Assembly: GCA_002317215.1 (NCBI GenBank)
Contig: DCJD01000012.1
Coordinates: forward strand, 6,579-70,578
Direction of reading: 5' to 3'
Length of the DNA: 64,000 nt
DNA from: Bacillales bacterium UBA1709
GTDB lineage: Bacteria > Bacillota_I > Bacilli_A > RFN20 > UBA1709
Part shown: piece after piece, positions 8,586 to 18,215 of the stretch
How positions within the stretch are numbered: the stretch's first letter is position 1
Layout: each line of letters opens with the position of its first letter
Translations under genes and position numbers: made by a program
Notes under the pieces: generated by a model
The model's input: the letters and a program-made list of their open reading frames with translations, nothing else
Database searches by the model: none
Told to the model about the DNA's origin: nothing

Positions 8586-11339
8586 ATGGAAATTAAAAAT
8601 TCATTAACAATGCCAAAAACAAGTTTTGAAATGAGAGGCAATTTAACAGTTAAAGAACCTAATGTTTTAAAATACTGGAAAGAAATAGATTTATATAATC
8701 TAATGTTAGAAAACACAAAAGGAAAGGAAACTTTCTTACTTCATGATGGTCCTCCATATGCTAACGGAGATATTCATGTTGGACATGCTTTAAATAAAAT
8801 ATTAAAAGATTTTATTATTCGTTATAAGAATATGTCAGGTTTTTATACACCATATATTCCAGGATGGGATACTCATGGTTTACCTATTGAAAGCGTATTA
8901 GCTAAAAAAGGGATAAAGAGAAAAGAAATTCCATTACCAGAATATCGTAATATGTGTCGTGACTATGCTTTTACGCAAGTTGCTAGACAAAAAGAAGGAT
9001 TTGTAAGACTTGGATCTTTAGGTGATTATGAACATCCATATTTAACATTACGTAAGGAATTTGAAGCTTATCAATTTGAAGTATTCGCTAAAATGGCTTT
9101 AGATGGATTAATTTACAAAGGTGCAAAACCAGTTTATTGGTCACCATCTAGTGAATCTTGTTTAGCTGAAGCTGAAATTGAATATTATGATGTAACAAGT
9201 ACTTCAATATTTGTTAAATTTGATGTTTTGGATGGTAAAGGTAAATTTAATAGCGATGAAAGCTTTGTTATTTGGACTACAACCCCTTGGACAATGCCTG
9301 CTAACTTAGCGATTTGTTTAAATGAGAAATTAGAATATGGAGTTTATGAAACAAACAAAGGCAATCTAATCTTTTTAACTTGCCTTGCTGATTCTTTAAC
9401 TAAAGAACTTGGTTTAGAAGATGTTAAATTAAGAAGAACATTTATTGGCAAAGAAGCCGAATATGTTACTTGCAAACATCCTTTATACGATAGAGAATCT
9501 TTAGTTATTTTAGGCGACCATGTTACTGTTGATGCTGGAACTGGATGTGTTCATACAGCTCCAGGTCATGGTGCAGATGACTTTATTGTTGGTAAAAAAT
9601 ATGGTTTAGATATTTTATGTCCTGTTGATGAAAAAGGATATATGATGAAAGAATGTGGATCTGAATTAGAAGGGATGTTTTATGAACAAGCTAATACTAA
9701 AGTATTAGAGATGTTAGATAATGCTAAGGCATTATTAAAAGCAACACCTATAACTCATAGTTATCCTCATGATTGGAGAACTAAAAAACCTATTATCTTT
9801 AGAGCAACTGCTCAATGGTTTGTCTCAATTGATCCTATTAAGAATAAGATATTAGATAATATTAAAAATGTTAATTGGTATCCTTCTTGGGGTGAAGTTA
9901 GATTATCTAATATGATTAAAGATAGACAAGATTGGTGTATCAGTAGACAAAGAGCATGGGGAGTTCCAATTCCAATGATTTATTGTGAAGATAATACGCC
10001 AATTGTTGAAAAGGAAGTTTTTGATCACTACATCAAATTAGTTAGAGAATACGGTAGCAATGTTTGGTTTGAGAAAACTGAACAAGAATTATTACCAAGT
10101 GGCTATACTAATATTCACTCTCCTAATAATAAGTTTAGAAAAGAAACTGATATTATGGATGTTTGGTTTGATAGTGGATCAAGTAGTATTGGAGTTTTAA
10201 GCGAGAATAAATTAGATTATCCTGCTGATTTATATTTAGAAGGTAGTGACCAATATAGAGGTTGGTTTAACTCATCTTTAATCATTGGTACAGCATTTAA
10301 AGGAGTTTCTCCATATAAAACTGTAGTAAGCCATGGGTTTGTACTTGATGAAAAAGGCAATAAGATGTCTAAATCTTTAGGCAATACTATTGATCCTATT
10401 AAAGTATGTAATACTTATGGAGCGGATATATTAAGATTATGGGTTGCAAGTCAAGAATATCAATCTGACTTAAGAATTGGTGATAATTTATTAAAACAAG
10501 TATCTGAAACTTATCGTAAGATTAGAAACACTTTAAGATTCTTACATGGTAACTTAAGCAATGGAGAATATGGATTATTTGATCCAAGTAAAGATATACA
10601 AGAAAGTTTAGAAGTAGTTGATACTTATGTATTAAATAAGCTATATAGTGTCACTAATAAATACTTAGATTATTTTGATAAATATGAATTTAATAATGCT
10701 ATTAACGAAATTACAAACTTTATGGCAATTGATTTATCAGGATTCTATTTAGATATTACAAAAGATATCTTATATTGTGATGACTATGAATCAAAAAGAA
10801 GATTACAAGTTCAAACTGTTTTATATTCTTGTTTAGATACACTAGTTCGTTTGTTGACTCCAATCTTACCATTTACAATGGAAGAGATTTATCAATTAAC
10901 ACCAAATCATAAGAAATCTGTTCAATTAATCTCAATGGCAAAACGTCATGAAGTTAGTGAAGAAAATATTAAAGAATATGAACAAATTCTAAATATTAGA
11001 ACAAGCGTATTAAAAGCGTTAGAAGAAGCTAGAAGTTCACAATTAATTGGTTCTGCTCAAGAAGCAAGTGTTCAAATTTGCTTTAATAATCAAGATGATT
11101 TTGCTTTATTTAATAAATTAAATAAGGTTGAGCAAGAAAGATTCTTTATTGTTTCTAAAGTAGAAGTAGTAGAAAATCTAGATGCTAAAGAATATGATGG
11201 TATTAAAGTAAAAGTTGAAAAGCATAATGGATGTAAATGTGTAAGATGTTGGAACAGATTTGACAAAGTTGATGAAAATGAACTTTGTGAAAGATGTGCC
11301 AAAGTATATAAGAAATATCAAGGTAAAGAAAATGCATAA
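8586..11339 (+). CDS. ileS: Isoleucyl-tRNA synthetase
   Basis: HVGHAL (HIGH) and KMSKS motifs, plus a C-terminal zinc ribbon CKCVRCW...CERC. The true start is ATG 8586 after RBS aaggag. The ORF-track start at 8520 would overlap the T-box terminator. Confidence 0.95.
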   Translation: MEIKNSLTMPKTSFEMRGNLTVKEPNVLKYWKEIDLYNLMLENTKGKETFLLHDGPPYANGDIHVGHALNKILKDFIIRYKNMSGFYTPYIPGWDTHGLPIESVLAKKGIKRKEIPLPEYRNMCRDYAFTQVARQKEGFVRLGSLGDYEHPYLTLRKEFEAYQFEVFAKMALDGLIYKGAKPVYWSPSSESCLAEAEIEYYDVTSTSIFVKFDVLDGKGKFNSDESFVIWTTTPWTMPANLAICLNEKLEYGVYETNKGNLIFLTCLADSLTKELGLEDVKLRRTFIGKEAEYVTCKHPLYDRESLVILGDHVTVDAGTGCVHTAPGHGADDFIVGKKYGLDILCPVDEKGYMMKECGSELEGMFYEQANTKVLEMLDNAKALLKATPITHSYPHDWRTKKPIIFRATAQWFVSIDPIKNKILDNIKNVNWYPSWGEVRLSNMIKDRQDWCISRQRAWGVPIPMIYCEDNTPIVEKEVFDHYIKLVREYGSNVWFEKTEQELLPSGYTNIHSPNNKFRKETDIMDVWFDSGSSSIGVLSENKLDYPADLYLEGSDQYRGWFNSSLIIGTAFKGVSPYKTVVSHGFVLDEKGNKMSKSLGNTIDPIKVCNTYGADILRLWVASQEYQSDLRIGDNLLKQVSETYRKIRNTLRFLHGNLSNGEYGLFDPSKDIQESLEVVDTYVLNKLYSVTNKYLDYFDKYEFNNAINEITNFMAIDLSGFYLDITKDILYCDDYESKRRLQVQTVLYSCLDTLVRLLTPILPFTMEEIYQLTPNHKKSVQLISMAKRHEVSEENIKEYEQILNIRTSVLKALEEARSSQLIGSAQEASVQICFNNQDDFALFNKLNKVEQERFFIVSKVEVVENLDAKEYDGIKVKVEKHNGCKCVRCWNRFDKVDENELCERCAKVYKKYQGKENA

Positions 11340-11820
11340 GTTTTTTAAAGAAAATAAGATACTTTGTATTATGTTTCCTCTTGCTGTGTTAGTTGATCAA
11401 CTAACAAAACTTTGGGCTATAAAATATGTTAAGTACCACACTATTGAAATAATCAAAAATTTCTTTGGTTTCATCTTTGTATATAATGAAGGTGCGGCTT
11501 GGGGAATGGCGGAAGGAAATAGAATATTATTATGTGGAGTTAGTTTATTAGCATGTGTTTTTATTCTTATATATTATTTTAAAAATAAGAATCTAAAAAC
11601 CATCACTAAAACAAGTTTAGTCATGATTTTTAGTGGAGCATTTGGAAATATGATAGATCGAATTGCTACTGGTAAAGTAATTGATTTTATTGAAGTTAAT
11701 ATCTTTATTATATTTAATGATGTATTTCCAATATTTAATGTAGCAGATTTATTTATAACTTTTGGAGCAATATTGTTTGCAATTTCAATAATGTTTTTTG
11801 AAGAAGAAGATGGAAAATAA
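11332..11820 (+). CDS. lspA: Lipoprotein signal peptidase II
   Basis: Four-TM protein with NVAD and FNDVF motifs. ATG 11332 overlaps the ileS stop by 8 nt. Confidence 0.8.
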   Translation: MHKFFKENKILCIMFPLAVLVDQLTKLWAIKYVKYHTIEIIKNFFGFIFVYNEGAAWGMAEGNRILLCGVSLLACVFILIYYFKNKNLKTITKTSLVMIFSGAFGNMIDRIATGKVIDFIEVNIFIIFNDVFPIFNVADLFITFGAILFAISIMFFEEEDGK

Positions 11821-12739
11821 GGTTTTATTAGTAAGTGAAGAATTAAAAGGAGTTAGACTTGATAAGGCTATCTCTCTTTTAGATGCTTCAATTACTAGAA
11901 CTAAAGCGGAAAATCTTATAGATGAAGGATTAGTCTTTGTTAATAAGAAAAAAGAGAAATGTAGTTATAAAGTTGAAGTCAATGATGAGATTCTAATTAT
12001 TAATGTTATTGATGAATCAAATGAAATTAAAAAAGAGAATATTCCTTTAGATATTGTTTATGAAGATAATGATGTAATCATTATCAATAAACCAGAAGGC
12101 ATGGTAGTTCATCCAGCTAATGGCCATTATAGTGGAACACTAGTAAATGCTTTGCTATATCATTTTGAGAATAACTTATCTAAAATAGGAGGAGAGAGTA
12201 GACCTGGTATCGTCCATCGTTTAGATAAAGATACAAGTGGACTTATTATGGTAGCTAAAAATGATAATGCTCATTTAAAATTATCTGCTCAATTAAAAGA
12301 TAAATCTGCCTATCGAAGATACTTAGCCTTAGTAACTGGAGAACTTCCTTATGATTCAGGATCTATTGTTGCTCCAATTGGTAGAAATAATAGCGATAGA
12401 AAAAAGATGATGGTTGTAAGAGAAGGAAAAGATGCGACAACACATTTTAAAGTTTTAGAAAGATTTAATGGTTACACTTTGATTGAATGTGTATTAGAAA
12501 CAGGACGTACTCATCAAATTCGTGTTCATTTCCATACTGTAAAGTTCCCTCTTGTTGGTGATACTATATATGGACCAAAAAAAGTTGCCTATCCTCATCT
12601 TATGTTACATGCTGAAACTTTATCTTTTATCCATCCATCAACTAATTTAAGAATTACAAAAAGCGTTGAACCACCAGAATATTTTAAAGAATGCTTAAAT
12701 AATTTGAGAACTACTGGTAAACTAAATAAGGAGAATTAA
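11810..12739 (+). CDS. rluD: RluA-family 23S rRNA pseudouridine synthase (RluD-like)
   Basis: S4 domain, then the HRLDKDTSGL catalytic motif. ATG 11810 overlaps the lspA end. The ORF-track start at 11798 is a TTG. Confidence 0.85.
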   Translation: MENKVLLVSEELKGVRLDKAISLLDASITRTKAENLIDEGLVFVNKKKEKCSYKVEVNDEILIINVIDESNEIKKENIPLDIVYEDNDVIIINKPEGMVVHPANGHYSGTLVNALLYHFENNLSKIGGESRPGIVHRLDKDTSGLIMVAKNDNAHLKLSAQLKDKSAYRRYLALVTGELPYDSGSIVAPIGRNNSDRKKMMVVREGKDATTHFKVLERFNGYTLIECVLETGRTHQIRVHFHTVKFPLVGDTIYGPKKVAYPHLMLHAETLSFIHPSTNLRITKSVEPPEYFKECLNNLRTTGKLNKEN

Positions 12740-12740
12740 T

Positions 12741-13205
12741 ATGAAAGCAAAATTAAATTGGGATCAATATTTTATGGGAGTTGCCAAACTTTCTTCCTTA
12801 AGATCAAAAGATCCAAACACTAAAGTTGGAGCTTGTATTGTTAATCAAAGAAATAGAATTGTTGGAGTTGGATATAATGGATTCCCTTATGGATGTGAAG
12901 ATGATATCTTCCCATGGAATAATAACAAAGAAGACTATTACAATTCTAAATATCCTTTTGTTGTCCATGCTGAAATGAATGCAATATTAAATTCAACTGT
13001 TAGTTTAGAAGGATGCGTCTTATATGTTTCTTTATTCCCTTGCCATGAATGTTGCAAATCTATTATTCAAGCCGGTATAAAAGAAATTGTTTATTGTGAA
13101 GATAAATATAATGGAACTGATAGTGATCTTGCTGGTAAAAAAATGCTTGATGCAGCTAAAATTAAGTATCGCAAAATAGAAGATTTTGAAATTATAATAA
13201 AATAG
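12741..13205 (+). CDS. dCMP / cytidine-deoxycytidylate deaminase family protein
   Basis: Zinc-binding motifs HAEMNAI and PCHECC. Confidence 0.75.
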   Translation: MKAKLNWDQYFMGVAKLSSLRSKDPNTKVGACIVNQRNRIVGVGYNGFPYGCEDDIFPWNNNKEDYYNSKYPFVVHAEMNAILNSTVSLEGCVLYVSLFPCHECCKSIIQAGIKEIVYCEDKYNGTDSDLAGKKMLDAAKIKYRKIEDFEIIIK

Positions 13206-13217
13206 AGGGAATTCCCT

Positions 13218-14072
13218 CTATTTTATTATGTTTTTGTAATTTAGTTTAGCAAAATTACTTGCTACACTGATGCCTTTTTCTTTTATTAGTTGATTCAAAT
13301 AGTCGAGAGCTTCTTTTGAAGATCCTAATTTGATATTAATGTTATATTTCTTATTTAGTTCATCGATTTTTACTAAGAATGTATAACGAGCTATCATAGA
13401 TGCTAAGGCAACTGAGATGGATTTAGATTCACCTTTAGTAACAAAATCAATATCTTTAATTATATGTTTTTCTTGGTTTATATATTTAAAATAATTATCA
13501 ATAGAGCAGAATTGATCTACAACAAACTTATTACACTTTGTTTTGATTGATAGATTATATAAACAGGTATTGTGCAATATAGCTTTAAATTCGTTTAAAT
13601 TATATTCACTATTTAATTCGTTATATTGCAAATTATCTAGCATCATAATGACATGAGGAAACTTCTTTAATAATAATGGAACTGTTTTTAATATATAAGC
13701 ATCATTTAGTTTCTTGCTATCTTTAATACCTAAGTCAATTAAATACTGATAATCTTTTTTATCAACATAACAGCTAGCAACAATTATTGGGCCAAAATAA
13801 TCTCCTGTTCCAACTTCATCACTACCAATATGGGAATAATCAAAAAGATAGCTTTGATTTTCTTCGACATATCCAAATAATTTTGCATCATCTAAAAAAT
13901 CAGTTCCTTGGAAAACTACTTTATTACTTGTATATAAAATAACGCTATATGTATCTAATTTAGCTGCAAAACGAACATAGTTAGATGGATTAGAAACTTG
14001 GCTCAACTTATAAGAGTTGATAAGTTTTAAAGCGTTTTCTTCATTGATTTCAAAAGAAATAGTCATATTCAT
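13218..14072 (-). CDS. rnhC: Ribonuclease HIII
   Basis: N-terminal TBP-like domain, followed by the GSDEVGTGDYFGP active-site motif. Confidence 0.8.
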   Translation of the reverse strand: MNMTISFEINEENALKLINSYKLSQVSNPSNYVRFAAKLDTYSVILYTSNKVVFQGTDFLDDAKLFGYVEENQSYLFDYSHIGSDEVGTGDYFGPIIVASCYVDKKDYQYLIDLGIKDSKKLNDAYILKTVPLLLKKFPHVIMMLDNLQYNELNSEYNLNEFKAILHNTCLYNLSIKTKCNKFVVDQFCSIDNYFKYINQEKHIIKDIDFVTKGESKSISVALASMIARYTFLVKIDELNKKYNINIKLGSSKEALDYLNQLIKEKGISVASNFAKLNYKNIIK

Positions 14073-14128
14073 GCAATTATTTTAACATATTTTAGACTAA
14101 TATATTATATTTTGTTAAAATATAAAAT

Positions 14129-16438
14129 ATGGAAAAAGCAATTGAAGTATTAGAACTAAATAAGATATTAGAGCAGCTTAGCGATTATTCTAGATTAAGT
14201 TTTAGAAGAGATTATTTTATGTCTTTAAAACCTTTATATGATATTGAACAAATTAGAAACATATTAGAAGGTGTTGAAGAAGGAATTAAAGTTATTAATA
14301 AGTTTGGTCAAGTTAGTTTTGATTATATTCATAATATATTTGATTCCACAACTAAAGCTATTAAAGGCGGTATTTTAAATGAAGAGCAATTATATCATAT
14401 TGCTACACAATACGATGGGATAATAAACATTAAATCATATTATCAATCTGTTAAGTTTGATGATTTTCCTAAAGTATCATTTTTGCTTGATTCATTAATT
14501 CCATCTAAAGAATTATCTAATAATATATATCATGTCATTAGTAACGATTTAACTATTTATGATAATGCAAGTCCAACATTAAATCATATTCGTAAAGAAA
14601 TAATAAGTAAGAATGCTGAACTTAGAAGAAGAGTAGATAGTTTAGTTAGAAATAGAGTGGATTATTTAAGTGATCAAATCGTAACAATTAGAAATGATCG
14701 TTATGTAATACCTGTTAAATCAGCTTATAAAAATATGGTTAGAGGAATCATTCATGATGAATCAAGTTCTGCTAATACTGTTTTTATTGAGCCAGAAGAG
14801 ATTGTTGTGGTTAATAATGAGATTGCTACTTTAAAAGGTAAAGAAAGAGAAGAAATCGAAAGACTATTAAAATATTTAAGCAATGAAGTTGCTAAAGTTG
14901 CTCCTAATTTAAATAAGAATTTAAATTTATTAATTGAATTAGATGAACTATTAACTAGATCAGCATTTGGAATTAGTTATGATGGTATTACGGCTAATTT
15001 ATCAAATTCAGAAGAAATAAAGATGATTGGGGCAAGGCACCCTTTAATTGATAAAACTAAAATAGTTGCTAATGATTTTGATTTATATAAGCCAACCAAT
15101 CAAGAATATTTAATTACAGGTCCTAATACTGGTGGTAAAACCGTTTCATTAAAAACAGTTGGTTTACTTGTATTAATGAATCAAATTGGTTTAGCCATTC
15201 CAACAAATCAAAAAGCCACTTTAGGTATTTTTAATGATATATTTGTCGATATTGGAGATAATCAAAATATTGCCGAATCATTATCAACATTCTCTTCACA
15301 TTTAGCAAAATTAATTGAGATGGTTAATAAATGTGATTCTAAATCATTGCTTTTAGTAGATGAAATAGGAGGCGGAACTGATCCTTTAGAAGGAGAAGCT
15401 TTAGCAATGTCTTTATTAGAAGAATTTAAAAATAGAGATAGCTTAGTTTTAGCTACCACTCACTATCATAATTTAAAAACTTTTGCTATTGAATCGGATT
15501 ATATTGTTAATTGTTCAATGACTTTTGATGATACTAGCTTACGTCCAACATATCGATTAATCACAGGAGTTGCTGGAAAATCATATGCATTTGAGATTGG
15601 GAGAAGTTTAAGTTTACCAGAATATATTATTGAAAGAGCAAGAAATTATAAAAATAAATTTAGTGATGATAATTCTAAATTAGTTGAGAAATTAGAAGCT
15701 AGTGCAATTGAAAATGAGAATTTAAGAAATGAATTAAAAGATAAGATTGCTAAACAAGATGAATTATTAAGAGATGCTAAGATATTAAAATCCAATCTAG
15801 AAAAACAAAAAGAAGATTTAAAGATTAATGCTGATAAAGAAGTTGAGAAAATGGTTAATAAATATAAAGAAGAATTAGATGAACTAATGAATGATTTGAA
15901 GTCTAATTCATCTTTGAAATTACATAATGTTATTGATGCTAAAACTAAACTTAAAGATATGTTTGTTAAAGAAGAAAACGAAGATGACATTATAGTAGAT
16001 GAAATAAAGGTTAATGATAAAGTAAAGATTAAAGATATTGATCGAAGTGGAAAAGTTATCTCAATAACAAAAGATTTTGCATTAGTTGATGTTAATGGAA
16101 TTACTATAAAATCAAAAGTTTCTGCACTAGAAAAATTTGAAGGAATCGATAAACCAGTTATTAAAAAAGTTCGTCAAGATATTCAATTAACTAAATTAAA
16201 TACTGAAGTAAATCTAATTGGTCTTACTGTTGAAGAAGGTATTGATGTTTTAGATCGCTTTATCAACTCGGCTATTAAAGGGCGTTTAAAAATGATTCGA
16301 GTTATCCATGGATTTGGTACTGGAAGACTTAGAAATGGTGTTTGGGATTATTTAAAGAAATCTAAATTTGTTAGTAAGTATTATAGTGCTGGTCAATTTA
16401 ATGGTGGCGGAGGAGCTACTATAGTTGAGCTAAAATAA
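14129..16438 (+). CDS. mutS2: Endonuclease MutS2 (Smr domain)
   Basis: Walker A GPNTGGKT, a coiled-coil region, and a C-terminal Smr domain. Confidence 0.9.
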   Translation: MEKAIEVLELNKILEQLSDYSRLSFRRDYFMSLKPLYDIEQIRNILEGVEEGIKVINKFGQVSFDYIHNIFDSTTKAIKGGILNEEQLYHIATQYDGIINIKSYYQSVKFDDFPKVSFLLDSLIPSKELSNNIYHVISNDLTIYDNASPTLNHIRKEIISKNAELRRRVDSLVRNRVDYLSDQIVTIRNDRYVIPVKSAYKNMVRGIIHDESSSANTVFIEPEEIVVVNNEIATLKGKEREEIERLLKYLSNEVAKVAPNLNKNLNLLIELDELLTRSAFGISYDGITANLSNSEEIKMIGARHPLIDKTKIVANDFDLYKPTNQEYLITGPNTGGKTVSLKTVGLLVLMNQIGLAIPTNQKATLGIFNDIFVDIGDNQNIAESLSTFSSHLAKLIEMVNKCDSKSLLLVDEIGGGTDPLEGEALAMSLLEEFKNRDSLVLATTHYHNLKTFAIESDYIVNCSMTFDDTSLRPTYRLITGVAGKSYAFEIGRSLSLPEYIIERARNYKNKFSDDNSKLVEKLEASAIENENLRNELKDKIAKQDELLRDAKILKSNLEKQKEDLKINADKEVEKMVNKYKEELDELMNDLKSNSSLKLHNVIDAKTKLKDMFVKEENEDDIIVDEIKVNDKVKIKDIDRSGKVISITKDFALVDVNGITIKSKVSALEKFEGIDKPVIKKVRQDIQLTKLNTEVNLIGLTVEEGIDVLDRFINSAIKGRLKMIRVIHGFGTGRLRNGVWDYLKKSKFVSKYYSAGQFNGGGGATIVELK

Positions 16439-16439
16439 G

Positions 16440-18215
16440 ATGAATCAAAATATTAAAGAAAAATTATCTAATTTAAAAGAACTTCCTGGATGTTATCTAA
16501 TGAAGAATGAACATGGGGAAGTTATTTATGTTGGGAAAGCAAAAAAATTAGTTAATCGTGTATCAAGTTATTTTTTGGGAACTCATAGTGGTAAAACCGC
16601 TAAATTAGTTAGCGAAATTGAAGATTTTGATACTATAATAACTAATTCAGATAAAGAAGCGTTTTTATTAGAAATCAATTTAATTCATCAATATAATCCA
16701 ATTTATAATATTCTATTAAAAGATGGTAAAAGTTATCCTTATATTGAATTGCATTTAGATAAATATCCTTATCTTACAATCGCAAGAAATATTAAAAATA
16801 AAAATTCTAAATATTATGGACCATATACTGATTCAAGTAGTGCATATGAAACATTAAATCTATTAAATAGATTATATCCATTAAGAAAATGCATTCATAT
16901 TCCAACTAAACCTTGTCTTTATTACCATATATCGGAGTGTTTAGGACCTTGTATTAATAAGATTGATTCTAATGTATATAAAGAATATGTTGATAAAATT
17001 AATTCTTTTTTGAATGGGAATACAAGTGGAGTTTATAAAGAATATAAAGAAAAGATGAAAAAAGCTAGCGAAGAATTAAATTTTGAAAGTGCTAATGAAT
17101 ATAAAAAGATATTAGAAGCAATTGATCATATTTCTTTAAAACAATATATAATGTTAGATTCAAAACTTAATTGCGATGTTTTTGCTTTTCATATCCAAGA
17201 TGATTATATTTCCATATCAACTCTTGTATATCGTAATGGAATATTAAAAATAAAAAACAATCAAATAAGTCAAGTAGTTGGCGATACTTATGATTATATA
17301 TCGAGTTATATTTTAGAATATTATGAGCATAATATTTTACCTAATGAAATCATAATGCCTTATTCTAATGATAAAGAAATCATTGAAGAAATATTAAATG
17401 TTAAGGTTAATTGTCCAACAAAAGGAACTAAATATAACTTATTAACCACTTCAGCTATTAATGCAAAAGAACAAATGCAAGAAAAATATATGCTTTCTAA
17501 ATCAAAAGATGAAGAAAGAAATAAAGCGATTAAAGATTTAGAAGATATTATTGGAATTTCTAATATTCACACTATCGAATTAATTGATAATGCTCATTTT
17601 AATGGGGATAATAGTGTTAGTGGAGTCGTTGTATTTACTGATGGTAAACCAAATAAAAAATTATATCGTAAATATAATATCAATACTCTCAATACAAAAG
17701 ATGATTTACTTAGTATGAAGGATATTATTTATCGTAGATATTATCGTAAGATTGTTGAACATGATACTTTCTCAGATTTATTAATTGTAGATGGAGGAAT
17801 AAATCAAATTAATGCTGTTAAGGATGTGTTAGATAGTTTATGTGTGAATATACCTTTAATTGGTTTAGCTAAAAATGATAAACATAATACTGATAGTATT
17901 GTTTTGATTGATGGGAGCAAAGTTAATATTAAAGATAATAAAAATTTATTCTTTTTACTATCTAAGATGCAAGATGAAGTGCATCGATTTACCATTTCTT
18001 TCCATAAGTCAAAAAGATCAACTAAGATGGTTAAATCTATTTTAGATGATATCCAAGGGCTTGGGATTAAAAGAAGAGAAAAGATATTAGATGTATATAA
18101 AGATATTGAAACATTAAGCAAATGTGGAGTAGAAGAATTAACTACATATGTTCCAAAAGATGTTGCAATTAGAATAGTAGATAGATTAAATAAGGAGGAT
18201 AGTTATGGCAAGTAA
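16440..18215 (+). CDS. uvrC: Excinuclease ABC subunit C
   Basis: N-terminal GIY-YIG domain (CYLMKNEHGEVIYVGKAKKLVNRV) and a UvrC-length protein of 591 aa. Confidence 0.9.
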   Translation: MNQNIKEKLSNLKELPGCYLMKNEHGEVIYVGKAKKLVNRVSSYFLGTHSGKTAKLVSEIEDFDTIITNSDKEAFLLEINLIHQYNPIYNILLKDGKSYPYIELHLDKYPYLTIARNIKNKNSKYYGPYTDSSSAYETLNLLNRLYPLRKCIHIPTKPCLYYHISECLGPCINKIDSNVYKEYVDKINSFLNGNTSGVYKEYKEKMKKASEELNFESANEYKKILEAIDHISLKQYIMLDSKLNCDVFAFHIQDDYISISTLVYRNGILKIKNNQISQVVGDTYDYISSYILEYYEHNILPNEIIMPYSNDKEIIEEILNVKVNCPTKGTKYNLLTTSAINAKEQMQEKYMLSKSKDEERNKAIKDLEDIIGISNIHTIELIDNAHFNGDNSVSGVVVFTDGKPNKKLYRKYNINTLNTKDDLLSMKDIIYRRYYRKIVEHDTFSDLLIVDGGINQINAVKDVLDSLCVNIPLIGLAKNDKHNTDSIVLIDGSKVNIKDNKNLFFLLSKMQDEVHRFTISFHKSKRSTKMVKSILDDIQGLGIKRREKILDVYKDIETLSKCGVEELTTYVPKDVAIRIVDRLNKEDSYGK